Below, piece after piece: positions 1-9,117 of a stretch of 64,000 nt of DNA. Origin of the DNA: Verrucomicrobiaceae bacterium (GTDB lineage Bacteria; Verrucomicrobiota; Verrucomicrobiia; Verrucomicrobiales; Akkermansiaceae); the NCBI GenBank assembly GCA_051252135.1, contig JBPOGH010000014.1, positions 1 through 64,000 on the forward strand, in the 5' to 3' direction. The position numbers were made by a program, and so were the translations under genes. Positions within the stretch are counted from its first letter, which is position 1. Each line of letters opens with the position of its first letter. The notes beneath the pieces were generated by a model. That model had not been told where the DNA came from, ran no database searches, and saw only the letters and a program-made list of their open reading frames with translations.

Positions 1-89
1 CCAACCAAGCCCCCCAACCAAGCCCCCCAACCAAGCCCCCCAACCAAGCCCCCCAACCAAGCCCCCCAACCAAGCCCTCAACCAAGCCC
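1..89. repeat. 13-bp tandem repeat (AACCAAGCCCCCC)n, probably cut by the window start
   Basis: Five perfect copies at 3-67, then two degenerate copies at 68-89; related fragments near 174-225. Confidence 0.95.
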
Positions 90-91
90 AA

Positions 92-118
92 GGAAGGGCG
101 ATCTCCGTATCGTCCATC
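92..118. repeat. REP-like short hairpin
   Basis: GGA-A-GGGCGAT-ctccgt-ATCGTCC-A-TCC imperfect inverted repeat right after the tandem repeat. Confidence 0.35.
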
Positions 119-233
119 CACCAGGCCCCCATCTCAAGTTTCTGATTTTCTGCGCTTTCTGTGGTAAAAAAACCCTCAACCAAGCTCTCAAAAAAAGCCA
201 ACCGCCAATCGCTCAACCCAGCCCTCAAATCTC

Positions 234-1682
234 ATGTTCAAAGCTCAAATCTCATCTCTCCTCATCCTCTTAATTCAGAGTTCATCTTCACTGTTCGCTG
301 CTCCGAGTTCACCCAAAAACTTCATCTTCATCCTCTCCGATGACATCGCCCAGGGCGACGTCGGAGTCTACGGCCAGCAGCTCATCAAAACCCCGCGCCT
401 CGACCAACTCTGCGCCGAGGGCACCCGCTACACCCAGGCCTACTGCGGCACCACCGTCTGCGCCCCCTCCCGCTCCTCCTTCTTCACCGGCCTCCACTCC
501 GGCCACTGCCCCGTCCGCGGAAACTACGAACTCCCACCCGAAGGCCAATATCCCATCCCCGCCGAAACCGTCACCATCGGCGAGGTCGCCAAAGCCGCCG
601 GCTACCACACCTCCACCTTCGGCAAATGGGGCATGGGCTTCTTCGATACCGAGGGCGCCCCGCAGAAACAAGGCATCGACCACTTCTTCGGCTACAACTG
701 CCAGCGCCACGCCCACTCCTACTTCCCCACCTACCTCTACGATGACGCCAAACCCATCGCCCTCCCCGGAAACAACGGTCGCGGCAAAGGCCAAACCTAC
801 TCCCAGGAACTCATCCAAAACAACATGATCACCTGGCTCAAGAACCACCATGAAGACCCCTTCATGATGTTCTACGCCATCACCCTCCCCCACGGCCCGC
901 ACGAGATCGACGACTTCGGCATCTACGCCGATAAGCCATGGAGCGATCTCGAAAAATCCTACGCCGCCCAGATCACCCGCATCGATTCCGACGTCGGCGA
1001 ACTCGTCGACACCCTCCGCACCCTCGGCATCGATAAAGACACCCTCATCGTCTTCTCCGGAGACAACGGCTCATCCTTCAGCCCCGACTCCCCCATCGGC
1101 AAGCGCTTCAACCAGGCCTCCAACGGCCTCCGCGGATACAAGCGCGGCATGTATGAAGGCGCCCTCCGCCAAGCCGCCTTCGCCTGGTGCCCCGGCACCG
1201 TCCCCGCCGGCCGCGTCGACCACCACCCCTGGGCCTTCTGGGACCTCCTCCCCACTTTCGTCGAACTCAGCGGAGCCACCCCGCCGGAAGGCTACCAAAC
1301 CGATGGCCTCTCCCTCCTCGACTACTTCAAAGGAGGCCCCGCACCCAAGCGCAACTACTTCTACTGGGAACTCCACGAAGGAAAAGCCAAGCAAGCCGCC
1401 CGCTGGCAGGACTGGAAAGCCGTCCGCAACGGACCCGACAAACCCATCGAAATCTACGACCTCTCCAAAGACCCCGGCGAAAACAACAACCTCGCCGAAA
1501 GCTACCCCGCCCTCGTCAAACACGCCGAAAAAATCTTCCACGACGCCCACCAACCCCACCCCGATTGGCCCCTCGACGGCCACAACCCCAACCACGCCGA
1601 ACAAGCCAAGAAAGCCTGGGCCATCAAAAAACAACGCGACAAGGACACCTACATCCCCAAAGGCGCCCTCCCTCTAAAGTAG
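234..1682 (+). CDS. Arylsulfatase (S1 formylglycine-dependent sulfatase), secreted
   Basis: Signal peptide; FILSDD; C-A-P-S-R motif ([11 protein letters not shown]); GKWGMG; SGDNG; YEGALR. Confidence 0.93.
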   Translation: MFKAQISSLLILLIQSSSSLFAAPSSPKNFIFILSDDIAQGDVGVYGQQLIKTPRLDQLCAEGTRYTQAYCGTTVCAPSRSSFFTGLHSGHCPVRGNYELPPEGQYPIPAETVTIGEVAKAAGYHTSTFGKWGMGFFDTEGAPQKQGIDHFFGYNCQRHAHSYFPTYLYDDAKPIALPGNNGRGKGQTYSQELIQNNMITWLKNHHEDPFMMFYAITLPHGPHEIDDFGIYADKPWSDLEKSYAAQITRIDSDVGELVDTLRTLGIDKDTLIVFSGDNGSSFSPDSPIGKRFNQASNGLRGYKRGMYEGALRQAAFAWCPGTVPAGRVDHHPWAFWDLLPTFVELSGATPPEGYQTDGLSLLDYFKGGPAPKRNYFYWELHEGKAKQAARWQDWKAVRNGPDKPIEIYDLSKDPGENNNLAESYPALVKHAEKIFHDAHQPHPDWPLDGHNPNHAEQAKKAWAIKKQRDKDTYIPKGALPLK

Positions 1683-1694
1683 CCCGTTAATAGC

Positions 1695-1738
1695 GAGTTT
1701 GGGTTGGTGTGCCCCCTTTGGGTAGTCCAATCCAATTC
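1695..1738 (+). other. Intergenic hairpin downstream of the sulfatase
   Basis: TTGGGTTGG..TGCCC-ccttt-GGGTA..CCAATCCAA stem with G-U pairs on +; no clear U-tract. Confidence 0.35.
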
Positions 1739-1829
1739 CCCTGCTTTACCTGATCGACCCCGCCGGAAAAACTGATATCCTCGCTGCACACTCGGAACCA
1801 ATCACTGCCGACTTCTTCCGCTCCTTTCC

Positions 1830-3059
1830 ATGACCTCACAGCCCAACCCCGAGGAACCTAGCTTCCACGAACTCCAGCAGGCGCTTCGTAGAACGACGGA
1901 CCAACTCAGGGCCGCACTCGAGAACGACTCGAAGCTCTCAAAGCAGTTCGAGGAAGAGCAAGATCAGATCGCCGGAATCTGGCAGGCCCATCCCTCGCTG
2001 CACGAGATGCCTCTCGAACAGCCCGAGGTCATTGAAGAGGAAGAGCTCACCCTCCCCCCGCCTGCGGCCCGGCCACGCCGCTCAAAGCTGGGCGCCATCG
2101 CCGCCTGCGGGTGGCTCACCGCCACCGCCCTGGGACTCCTCTTCACTTTCCCGCACCTTGTCCCCTCACAACTCCGCGCCCTTTCGAACCACCCCGCGGA
2201 TCCCGTCCCCAAGGACACAACCACTTCCCTTCCCAAGGAAAAACCGATCCCTTTCGTCGATGGCCTGATCGCCAAAGAAAACGAATCCCTCAAAGAGCAA
2301 ATCCTCGATCTCCACACACTGCTGGAAACCGCCCGCAGCTCCCCCAACTCGTCCCTGCGACCCACCATCACTCCCCTCTACTCCCTCGGCAATGTCCGGT
2401 CCGTCGACCCCGCCCAAGCCACCAATCAACTCCTCGCCCTAATCGAAGAAGCCCTCGTTCGGGAACTGCGACGCCAAAATGAAATCGACACCCAACTGGT
2501 CATCGCCGAAGGCTGGAACCCCAATCTCTTCTCCAGCCTCAAAAAAGGGGAACTCGTCCGGCACCGCAACTTCCTCGATTCCATCGAAAACGTGCCCATG
2601 CTCATCGATGATTCCGGATCCTTCTACGATCCCGCCTCATCCATCCTCTGGACCCCTGCTGAAGACGGAGGGGGCTACCTCGGAAAAATCGCCTCCAGTG
2701 ATCTCGATCTCACCAAATTCGAGGACATCTCCTTCCAGGCCGGAGGCTTCTCCTCCACCGCACCCGCCGACCAGCCGGACTCCGACCTCCAAGGCTTCCT
2801 CCTCCATCCCGATGACAGTGAGGTCGTCGCCCTCGTCCTCAACCAACTTCCCTTCGAAGAACTTCAGGCAAACGAAAAGTTCGTCTCCCAATTCACCACC
2901 ACCTCCGGAGAAATCATCGAAGTCCCCCTCTCCACGACCGGCAGCCTCTCAACCAGCACCATCCCCGTTCCTGCCAACCTGATCAAAGGCGTCTCCATCC
3001 TCAAAACAGATGGCATCGACTCCAGCGTCATCTTCACCAGCCTCCCGGACGCCGGATAG
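1830..3059 (+). CDS. Hypothetical single-pass membrane protein with coiled-coil segments
   Basis: 409-aa ORF with host-like codon usage; N-terminal coiled-coil-like stretch; one hydrophobic helix (GAIAACGWLTATALGLLF). Confidence 0.75.
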   Translation: MTSQPNPEEPSFHELQQALRRTTDQLRAALENDSKLSKQFEEEQDQIAGIWQAHPSLHEMPLEQPEVIEEEELTLPPPAARPRRSKLGAIAACGWLTATALGLLFTFPHLVPSQLRALSNHPADPVPKDTTTSLPKEKPIPFVDGLIAKENESLKEQILDLHTLLETARSSPNSSLRPTITPLYSLGNVRSVDPAQATNQLLALIEEALVRELRRQNEIDTQLVIAEGWNPNLFSSLKKGELVRHRNFLDSIENVPMLIDDSGSFYDPASSILWTPAEDGGGYLGKIASSDLDLTKFEDISFQAGGFSSTAPADQPDSDLQGFLLHPDDSEVVALVLNQLPFEELQANEKFVSQFTTTSGEIIEVPLSTTGSLSTSTIPVPANLIKGVSILKTDGIDSSVIFTSLPDAG

Positions 3060-3536
3060 CGGCCACCCAACCCAGATCGGAAGAATGGAAGGCCCTCATC
3101 TTGATGCTGAATTGGGAATCCGTTGGTGGTGGGAATTCACAAAGAGCTCGTGGAGGTGTTCCCGCAATGGCGATGTCATCAGACGCATCGCGCGCATGCT
3201 TGTCTTCGTCTTTGGTTGCTCTCTTGATCTTGAAGAAAAATCAGGAACGGAAACTGATAGGTGTGCTCTCGTTAACAACCCTTGCATCTGATCATCCGAA
3301 AAAAGCGCAACTCTTCGGTAACCACCGGGATTCACGGAATCTTTACAACACCTTGAAATTCATTCGGGATTCCTCCCTCTCGGGACCTCGGAGATCATTT
3401 CAACAAACTTCCGACTCGCATTTAACCCCCACTCCATGCTTTCACTCCCCACCTCAAAAGCCCTCTTTGGTGCTTTTCGTCCAACCTGTTTTCGACGCTC
3501 CCATTCGTAAAACCCCCATCCCGGCCTCGCTTCCCC

Positions 3537-5303
3537 ATGACCTTCCTCCGCGCTCTTTTTTACTCCCTTCTGCTGGGCGCACCCATCTCTCAAGCAGCCC
3601 ACTACCAGGTCTACCTCCTCGCCGGACAATCGAATGCCAACGGCCGCGGACACGCCGCCGACTTCGGCACCGGCACCACCCACCCCGAGTGGGAATTCTA
3701 CAAATCCCCTCAAACCAACGTCCTTTTCTATTACCACAAAACCCAAACCGCCTCGAACAACTCTCTCCCCGAGGACCAGTGGATCCATCTCGCTCCCGGC
3801 AGCGGACACGGAACGGTCGCTCCAGAAAACTCACCGGAATTCGGCCCCGAAGTAAGCTTCGGCCACGCCATCGCAGCCGAATTTCCCGGCGAACAAATCG
3901 CCATCCTCAAGTACGCCCACGGAGGCACCAACCTGCACAGTGATTGGAGCGCCGGAGGACCACGCTACAGCTCCCTCCTCTCCACCGTGACCGCCGCCAC
4001 CACCGCTCTGAAAAATGACGGCCACAGCTACACCCTTCGCGGATTTCTTTGGCAGCAGGGCGAGGCTGACATGGGACAAGCCTCCGCCTACCAGGCCAAT
4101 CTCACTTCTCTCGTAAACCGCGTCCGGGCCGATATCTTCGGCGGCCTCTCCCGCCCCTTCATCATCGGCAAGCTCTCCGACAATCAAACCTCGATCTCCG
4201 GAAACTCCGGCTTCCCGATCGTCCGTGCAGCTCAGGATCAGGTCGCCTCAACTCTCGTCAATGTCGCCACCGTAGACACCGATGACGACGCCAAGTTCCC
4301 TCAACGAAGCGATGAAATCCACTTCACCGGCGTCGGCCAAATCGAGCTCGGCCTCGGCCATTTCAACGCCATGAAAACCCTCCTCGCCGATGACCTCGAT
4401 CAGGATGGCCTCGTCACTTCCGAAGAATCCGCCCTCGGCACCGATCCCGCAAAAGCAGACAGCGATGACGACGGCTTCAACGACGGCCTCGAAATCACCC
4501 TCGGCACCAGCCCTACCGACAGCGCCGACCGCTTCCACATCACTGAACTCTCCCTCCCCCTCTCCGGTTCCGTCCAGCTGACTTGGCCCGGCAAAACAGG
4601 AAATTCCTACACCATCGAAAGAAGCACCACTCTTCAGGAAGGAAGCTGGGTCCCCGTCGGAAATGTCACCGCCACCGGATCGACCACCACTTGGACTGAA
4701 GACAACCTCCATACCCTCGCCTTCTACGGCCTCGAAGGCCCTCTCGGCGGGGACTTCGATACCACTTCCTACGACTCCACCGACACCGAGCCGCTCACCA
4801 CCGCCACCCGCCTCAGCCAGGGCGGAGGACTCAGCGGAGGCGGGTCGAACAGCCGCATCATCAGCAACAGCTTCTTCGAACCGAGCACCTCGGGAAACAA
4901 CGGGCTCAACCTCGCCGACATCGCAGAACCCAAAAACAACGACAACCGCTTCAGCTTCTCCCTCGAACCCAATGGTCAGTCCGTGACCTATCGCGAGATC
5001 TCCTTCTTCCACAACCAATTCGGCACCCCGGCAAAAATCGACCTCGTCTACCAAATCGGATCAGCCCCGGAACAACCGCTCCTCACCGCCTTCACCCCCA
5101 CCCCCGGAAACACCACCGTTACCCAAGCGGTCGTCGACTTCCCCGATTTCACCACATCGGAAGTCGTCACCTTCCATTTCTACCTCTACGATACCGGATT
5201 GGCGACGCACGGAATCCGCTTCGATGACATCTCACTCCAAGGCTCCCTCCCGGAGAGTCCTCTCGCCGCACGCACCTTCTACCGCATCGGCCTCAACCAA
5301 TAA
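3537..5303 (+). CDS. Sialate O-acetylesterase (SASA/CE6-like) with DxDxDG Ca-binding repeats and a split C-terminal module
   Basis: Signal peptide; LLAGQSNA, GFLWQQGEAD and DEIH motifs; DLDQDG/DSDDDG repeats; ends TFYRIGLNQ. Confidence 0.88.
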   Translation: MTFLRALFYSLLLGAPISQAAHYQVYLLAGQSNANGRGHAADFGTGTTHPEWEFYKSPQTNVLFYYHKTQTASNNSLPEDQWIHLAPGSGHGTVAPENSPEFGPEVSFGHAIAAEFPGEQIAILKYAHGGTNLHSDWSAGGPRYSSLLSTVTAATTALKNDGHSYTLRGFLWQQGEADMGQASAYQANLTSLVNRVRADIFGGLSRPFIIGKLSDNQTSISGNSGFPIVRAAQDQVASTLVNVATVDTDDDAKFPQRSDEIHFTGVGQIELGLGHFNAMKTLLADDLDQDGLVTSEESALGTDPAKADSDDDGFNDGLEITLGTSPTDSADRFHITELSLPLSGSVQLTWPGKTGNSYTIERSTTLQEGSWVPVGNVTATGSTTTWTEDNLHTLAFYGLEGPLGGDFDTTSYDSTDTEPLTTATRLSQGGGLSGGGSNSRIISNSFFEPSTSGNNGLNLADIAEPKNNDNRFSFSLEPNGQSVTYREISFFHNQFGTPAKIDLVYQIGSAPEQPLLTAFTPTPGNTTVTQAVVDFPDFTTSEVVTFHFYLYDTGLATHGIRFDDISLQGSLPESPLAARTFYRIGLNQ

Positions 5304-5315
5304 CCACCTTTCCCC

Positions 5316-8120
5316 ATGAAAAAATTCCTCCCCGGCCTCTTCCTCGCCCTCTCTTCCCTCCTCTCGGCACAGGAGCCCAACATCATCGTCATCCTCGTCG
5401 ATGACATGGGCTACGGCGATATCAACGCCTACAACCCGGCCGCCAAAACCACCACCCCACGCCTCGACGCACTCGCCGCCGACGGAATGCGCTTCACCGA
5501 TTTCCACACCAACTCCGCCGTCTGCACCCCCACCCGCTACGGCCTTCTCACCGGACGCTACGCCTGGCGCACCCGCCTCAAAAGCGGCGTTCTCAACGGC
5601 TCCAGCCGCCGACTCATCGACCCCTCACGCGATACCATCCCCAAACTTCTCAAACGAAAAAACTACCGCACCGCAAACGTCGGAAAATGGCACCTCGGCA
5701 TGACCGATGCCGACGGCCTCAACAACATCTACCTCACCGGCACCCCCGCCGACCGCCAGCTTGGCACCAACGATGTCGGCTTCGATGAATGGTATGGCAT
5801 CCCCGCCTCTCTCGACCACATCCCCTACACCGTCGTCAACAATGGCAACCTCGTCAACATGACCGACGACTCCCCCAGCCCGTCCTACAGCACCTGGCCC
5901 AATCAGCCCGCCAGCCCCTCCCCCCGCTTCATCCGCGCCGGAAAAATCGCCCCCGGATTCGACTTCGAAAAACTCATGGGCCGACTCCAGGTCAAGATGG
6001 AAGACTACATCACCGACCACGTCGCCAACCACAGCAGCCGGTCTTTCTTCATCTACAACCCCCTCCCCGCACCCCACGCCCCTTGGGTCCCTGACATCGA
6101 CACCACCGGCCTCAGCCCGGAACAAATTTACACCGCCTACATCGATCAAATCGACACCTACGTCGGCATCATCCTCGACCGCCTCGAGGACCCGAACAAC
6201 GATGGCAACACTTCCGACTCCATCACCAATAACACCCTCGTCATCTTCACCAGCGACAACGGAGCAGACTCCAACAAGTTTAACGAATCCTCCACCTTCG
6301 GATACGACATCAACGGCTCCCTCCGCGGTCAAAAAGCCGACATCCACGAGGGCGGACACCGCGTCCCCTTCATCGCTAAATGGCCCGGCCAAATCGCCCC
6401 CGCCAGCGTCACCGATGAGCCCGCTTGCATGACCGACCTCTTCGCCACCTTCGCCGACATCGTGGATCAGGATTACGACCTCGACTCCGGCGCCGACTCC
6501 TTTTCCATCAAGAAAGTCCTCCTCGGCCAACCCTTCACCAGCCCCATCCGCGGCCCCATCGTCCACCATTCCCTCGACGGCATGTTCGCCATTCGTGAGG
6601 GCGATTGGAAACTCATCTTCGGCATCGGCTCCGGTGGCTTCAGCGGGGCCGCCGGCGAAGGAAGCGAGTCCGTCACCGACAACACCCCCCAACGCCTCTA
6701 CAACCTCGCCACCAACCCCGGAGAAGCTCTCGCGCAAAACCAACTCAGCACGGAAACAGCCGTCGTCACCGACCTCCACGCCAAGCTCGATGCCATCCGC
6801 GACAACGCTCGCAGCGCACCCCATCCCGATCTCGAAGACGACGATGGCGACGGCATGAACAACGGCTTCGAAACCCTCCACGGCCTCGATAAAGACGACC
6901 CCAATGATGCCACCGGAGACCTCGACTCAGACAACCTCACCAACCTCCACGAATTCCAGCTCGGCACCGACCCCACCAACACCGATACCGATGGCGACCT
7001 CCTCCCCGATGGCCGGGAAGACGCCAATCAAAACGGCACCATCGATCCCGGCGAAAGCAATCCCACCCTCCGCGATACTGACAATGATGGCATCGATGAC
7101 CTCTCGGAGAACCTCTTCCTCACCGACGCCACCGACGACTCTTCCTTCCCGGAACTGAATCTGGGGTCCGAGCACACCAACCTCTACCACGACCTCTTCC
7201 AGAACAACGACCCCGCCACCGGAGCCATCCCCGCCGGCGGACTCACCCTCGTTCAAAACTCCGTCGCCGCCGGCCACAGCCTCAGCGAAACCGCCGGCCA
7301 ACTCACCATCAACACCGGCACCGGTGGTAATGGAAATGTCGGAGCCGCCACCCCCGCCATCGCCTTCGCCAACTCTTCCCTCGGAGTCCGCCTCAGCTGG
7401 CAAATCGCCTCCCTCACCGATCGCCCCCGCTCCAACGGACTCTTCCTCGGAGTAAGCGAAGGCACCAATTTCTACCGCACCGAAGCCAACATCGGACTCG
7501 TCTTCTTCGGAAAATCCACCACCGATAGCGTAAACGGCTTCTCCCTCGTCCTCAACGATAGCGACAACCCCTCCGGCCCCATCCTCAGCAACGGCGCCGA
7601 TCTCGACCTCGACTCACTCATCGATGGCTTCTCCGCCACCCTCGATCTCACCCCCACCGGTTGGTCCTACAGCATCACCGGGCTGGATGACGCAAGCGGC
7701 CTTCCGGAAACCTTCTCCGAATCAGGCACCTGGCTCGACGCCGGACAACCGTCCACCTTCTACTCCGACTTCTTCGGCTCCGACGAACGCATGCTCACCT
7801 CCCTTCAACGTTCCACCTCCTCCGTTAGCATGGTCCTTGACCAGATCAAGATTGAGGCCCTCGCGCCTGAACCCTTTAAAATGATTTACGCGACAGACCT
7901 CTCGGCAACCCCCTCCTCCATCGCCCTCGTTTGGAATGCCAACCTCGGTCAAACCTACCGCATCGAAAAATCATCCAGCCTCCAGCCCGGCTCCTGGACC
8001 CCAGTAGAGGAAAACATCTCATCCTCCCACGCCCGCGCCAGCTTCGTCTATCAGGGAACCGACATCCCTCCCTCCCCCACCTCCCAACAGAAACTCTTCT
8101 TCCGCGTCGCGAAAGAGTAA
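5316..8120 (+). CDS. Multidomain arylsulfatase with TSP3-like Ca-binding repeats and C-terminal module
   Basis: Signal peptide; ILVDDMGYGD, CTPTR, GKWHLG, TSDNG, EGGHRVP; several DxDxDG repeats; ends LFFRVAKE. Confidence 0.92.
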   Translation: MKKFLPGLFLALSSLLSAQEPNIIVILVDDMGYGDINAYNPAAKTTTPRLDALAADGMRFTDFHTNSAVCTPTRYGLLTGRYAWRTRLKSGVLNGSSRRLIDPSRDTIPKLLKRKNYRTANVGKWHLGMTDADGLNNIYLTGTPADRQLGTNDVGFDEWYGIPASLDHIPYTVVNNGNLVNMTDDSPSPSYSTWPNQPASPSPRFIRAGKIAPGFDFEKLMGRLQVKMEDYITDHVANHSSRSFFIYNPLPAPHAPWVPDIDTTGLSPEQIYTAYIDQIDTYVGIILDRLEDPNNDGNTSDSITNNTLVIFTSDNGADSNKFNESSTFGYDINGSLRGQKADIHEGGHRVPFIAKWPGQIAPASVTDEPACMTDLFATFADIVDQDYDLDSGADSFSIKKVLLGQPFTSPIRGPIVHHSLDGMFAIREGDWKLIFGIGSGGFSGAAGEGSESVTDNTPQRLYNLATNPGEALAQNQLSTETAVVTDLHAKLDAIRDNARSAPHPDLEDDDGDGMNNGFETLHGLDKDDPNDATGDLDSDNLTNLHEFQLGTDPTNTDTDGDLLPDGREDANQNGTIDPGESNPTLRDTDNDGIDDLSENLFLTDATDDSSFPELNLGSEHTNLYHDLFQNNDPATGAIPAGGLTLVQNSVAAGHSLSETAGQLTINTGTGGNGNVGAATPAIAFANSSLGVRLSWQIASLTDRPRSNGLFLGVSEGTNFYRTEANIGLVFFGKSTTDSVNGFSLVLNDSDNPSGPILSNGADLDLDSLIDGFSATLDLTPTGWSYSITGLDDASGLPETFSESGTWLDAGQPSTFYSDFFGSDERMLTSLQRSTSSVSMVLDQIKIEALAPEPFKMIYATDLSATPSSIALVWNANLGQTYRIEKSSSLQPGSWTPVEENISSSHARASFVYQGTDIPPSPTSQQKLFFRVAKE

Positions 8121-8205
8121 GACATCCCTTCCCGTCACCTTGGGCCAGGCAAAGAAGACGAGCAGTGTGGGCGGTTGGTTTAGTTCCCATCAACAAGAGA
8201 ATAAT

Positions 8206-8847
8206 TTAGTGCATAATGGTCACAGGAGTTCCCACACGCACCTTCGCGAAGACCGCAGGCACAACATCGGATTGCCCGCGGATACAGGCGTGGGATGCCG
8301 GATAGCGCGGGACATCGCCGACGTGCATCCCGATGCCGCTCCAGGTAAGGCGCATCCAGTAGGGCATCGCAGCACCGAGGAACTGGCCACCGGGGGGAAT
8401 CGTGGCACTCCGCGAGTCGGCATTGGAGTTCACCACGTTCCCGCTGGCATCGTAGACTTTCCCGTAGAGATTGGAGCGCTTGTCGACAATCATTTCTAAA
8501 ATGGAATAGTTCCCGGGTGGCGTAGGGTGACTCGTTCTTCCCGTAGACACGGGGTAATCGAGAGCGACCTCATCCCCATTCATAAGGAAAGCCCTCTGGA
8601 GCGCGATCGATATCAGGATACGTGAATTCGAGGGATCGGTCCGCGAGTAAACCTCTTCGTTTCGGAAACTCCTGGAAGTAGCCGGATAATCCGGCTGCGC
8701 CTTGAATGAGGCATAATCCGTGATTGGAAGAGTCACCTTCTGGGCCACTGGTGGCTGACCTCCTCCCAATGCGGAAAAGCCACCACAGCTTGTGAGTGAT
8801 AGACTCACCGGCAGGAAGAGGATGAAGAAAAATCGGCGTAATTTCAT
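8206..8847 (-). CDS. L,D-transpeptidase (YkuD family) lipoprotein
   Basis: Start set at ATG 8847 (MKLRR); lipobox LTSC; YPVSTG..HPTPPG; IGMH...ASHACIR catalytic motif. Confidence 0.9.
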   Translation of the reverse strand: MKLRRFFFILFLPVSLSLTSCGGFSALGGGQPPVAQKVTLPITDYASFKAQPDYPATSRSFRNEEVYSRTDPSNSRILISIALQRAFLMNGDEVALDYPVSTGRTSHPTPPGNYSILEMIVDKRSNLYGKVYDASGNVVNSNADSRSATIPPGGQFLGAAMPYWMRLTWSGIGMHVGDVPRYPASHACIRGQSDVVPAVFAKVRVGTPVTIMH

Positions 8848-9117
8848 CTGATTGATTGGCTGCCAAGTGCCGCATCCCGACGACCTCAGCGAGGCCTTCA
8901 ATCAAGGGGGAAATCGCTCCCAATTGAAGCAAGTCGGATGGCAAAAGTTGGCTTTCGTAATTGGTGATGAGATGATCGGGATCTTGCTTTATTCCCGAAA
9001 GATTCCGGCAACCACCTTGGCTAACTTCACCTATCTCGGAAATGGCCAATGGCTCTTTCAACTGACACCATCGCAACATCAGGCATTCTTCCGCAGCTCC
9101 ATCCAACTTCCTTAATC

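Noticed and set aside
1..89. CRISPR array
   Set aside because: Head-to-tail 13-bp units with no spacers, and no cas genes.
3010..3530. Small ORFs in the spacer before the esterase (3010-3291, 3096-3335, start of 3101-3943)
   Set aside because: No recognisable motif or host-like codon bias. A real small gene cannot be excluded.
8850..9115. ORFs 8570-9106 (-) and 8852-9115 (+)
   Set aside because: The first overlaps the L,D-transpeptidase, and neither has recognisable features. Treated as a divergent promoter region.
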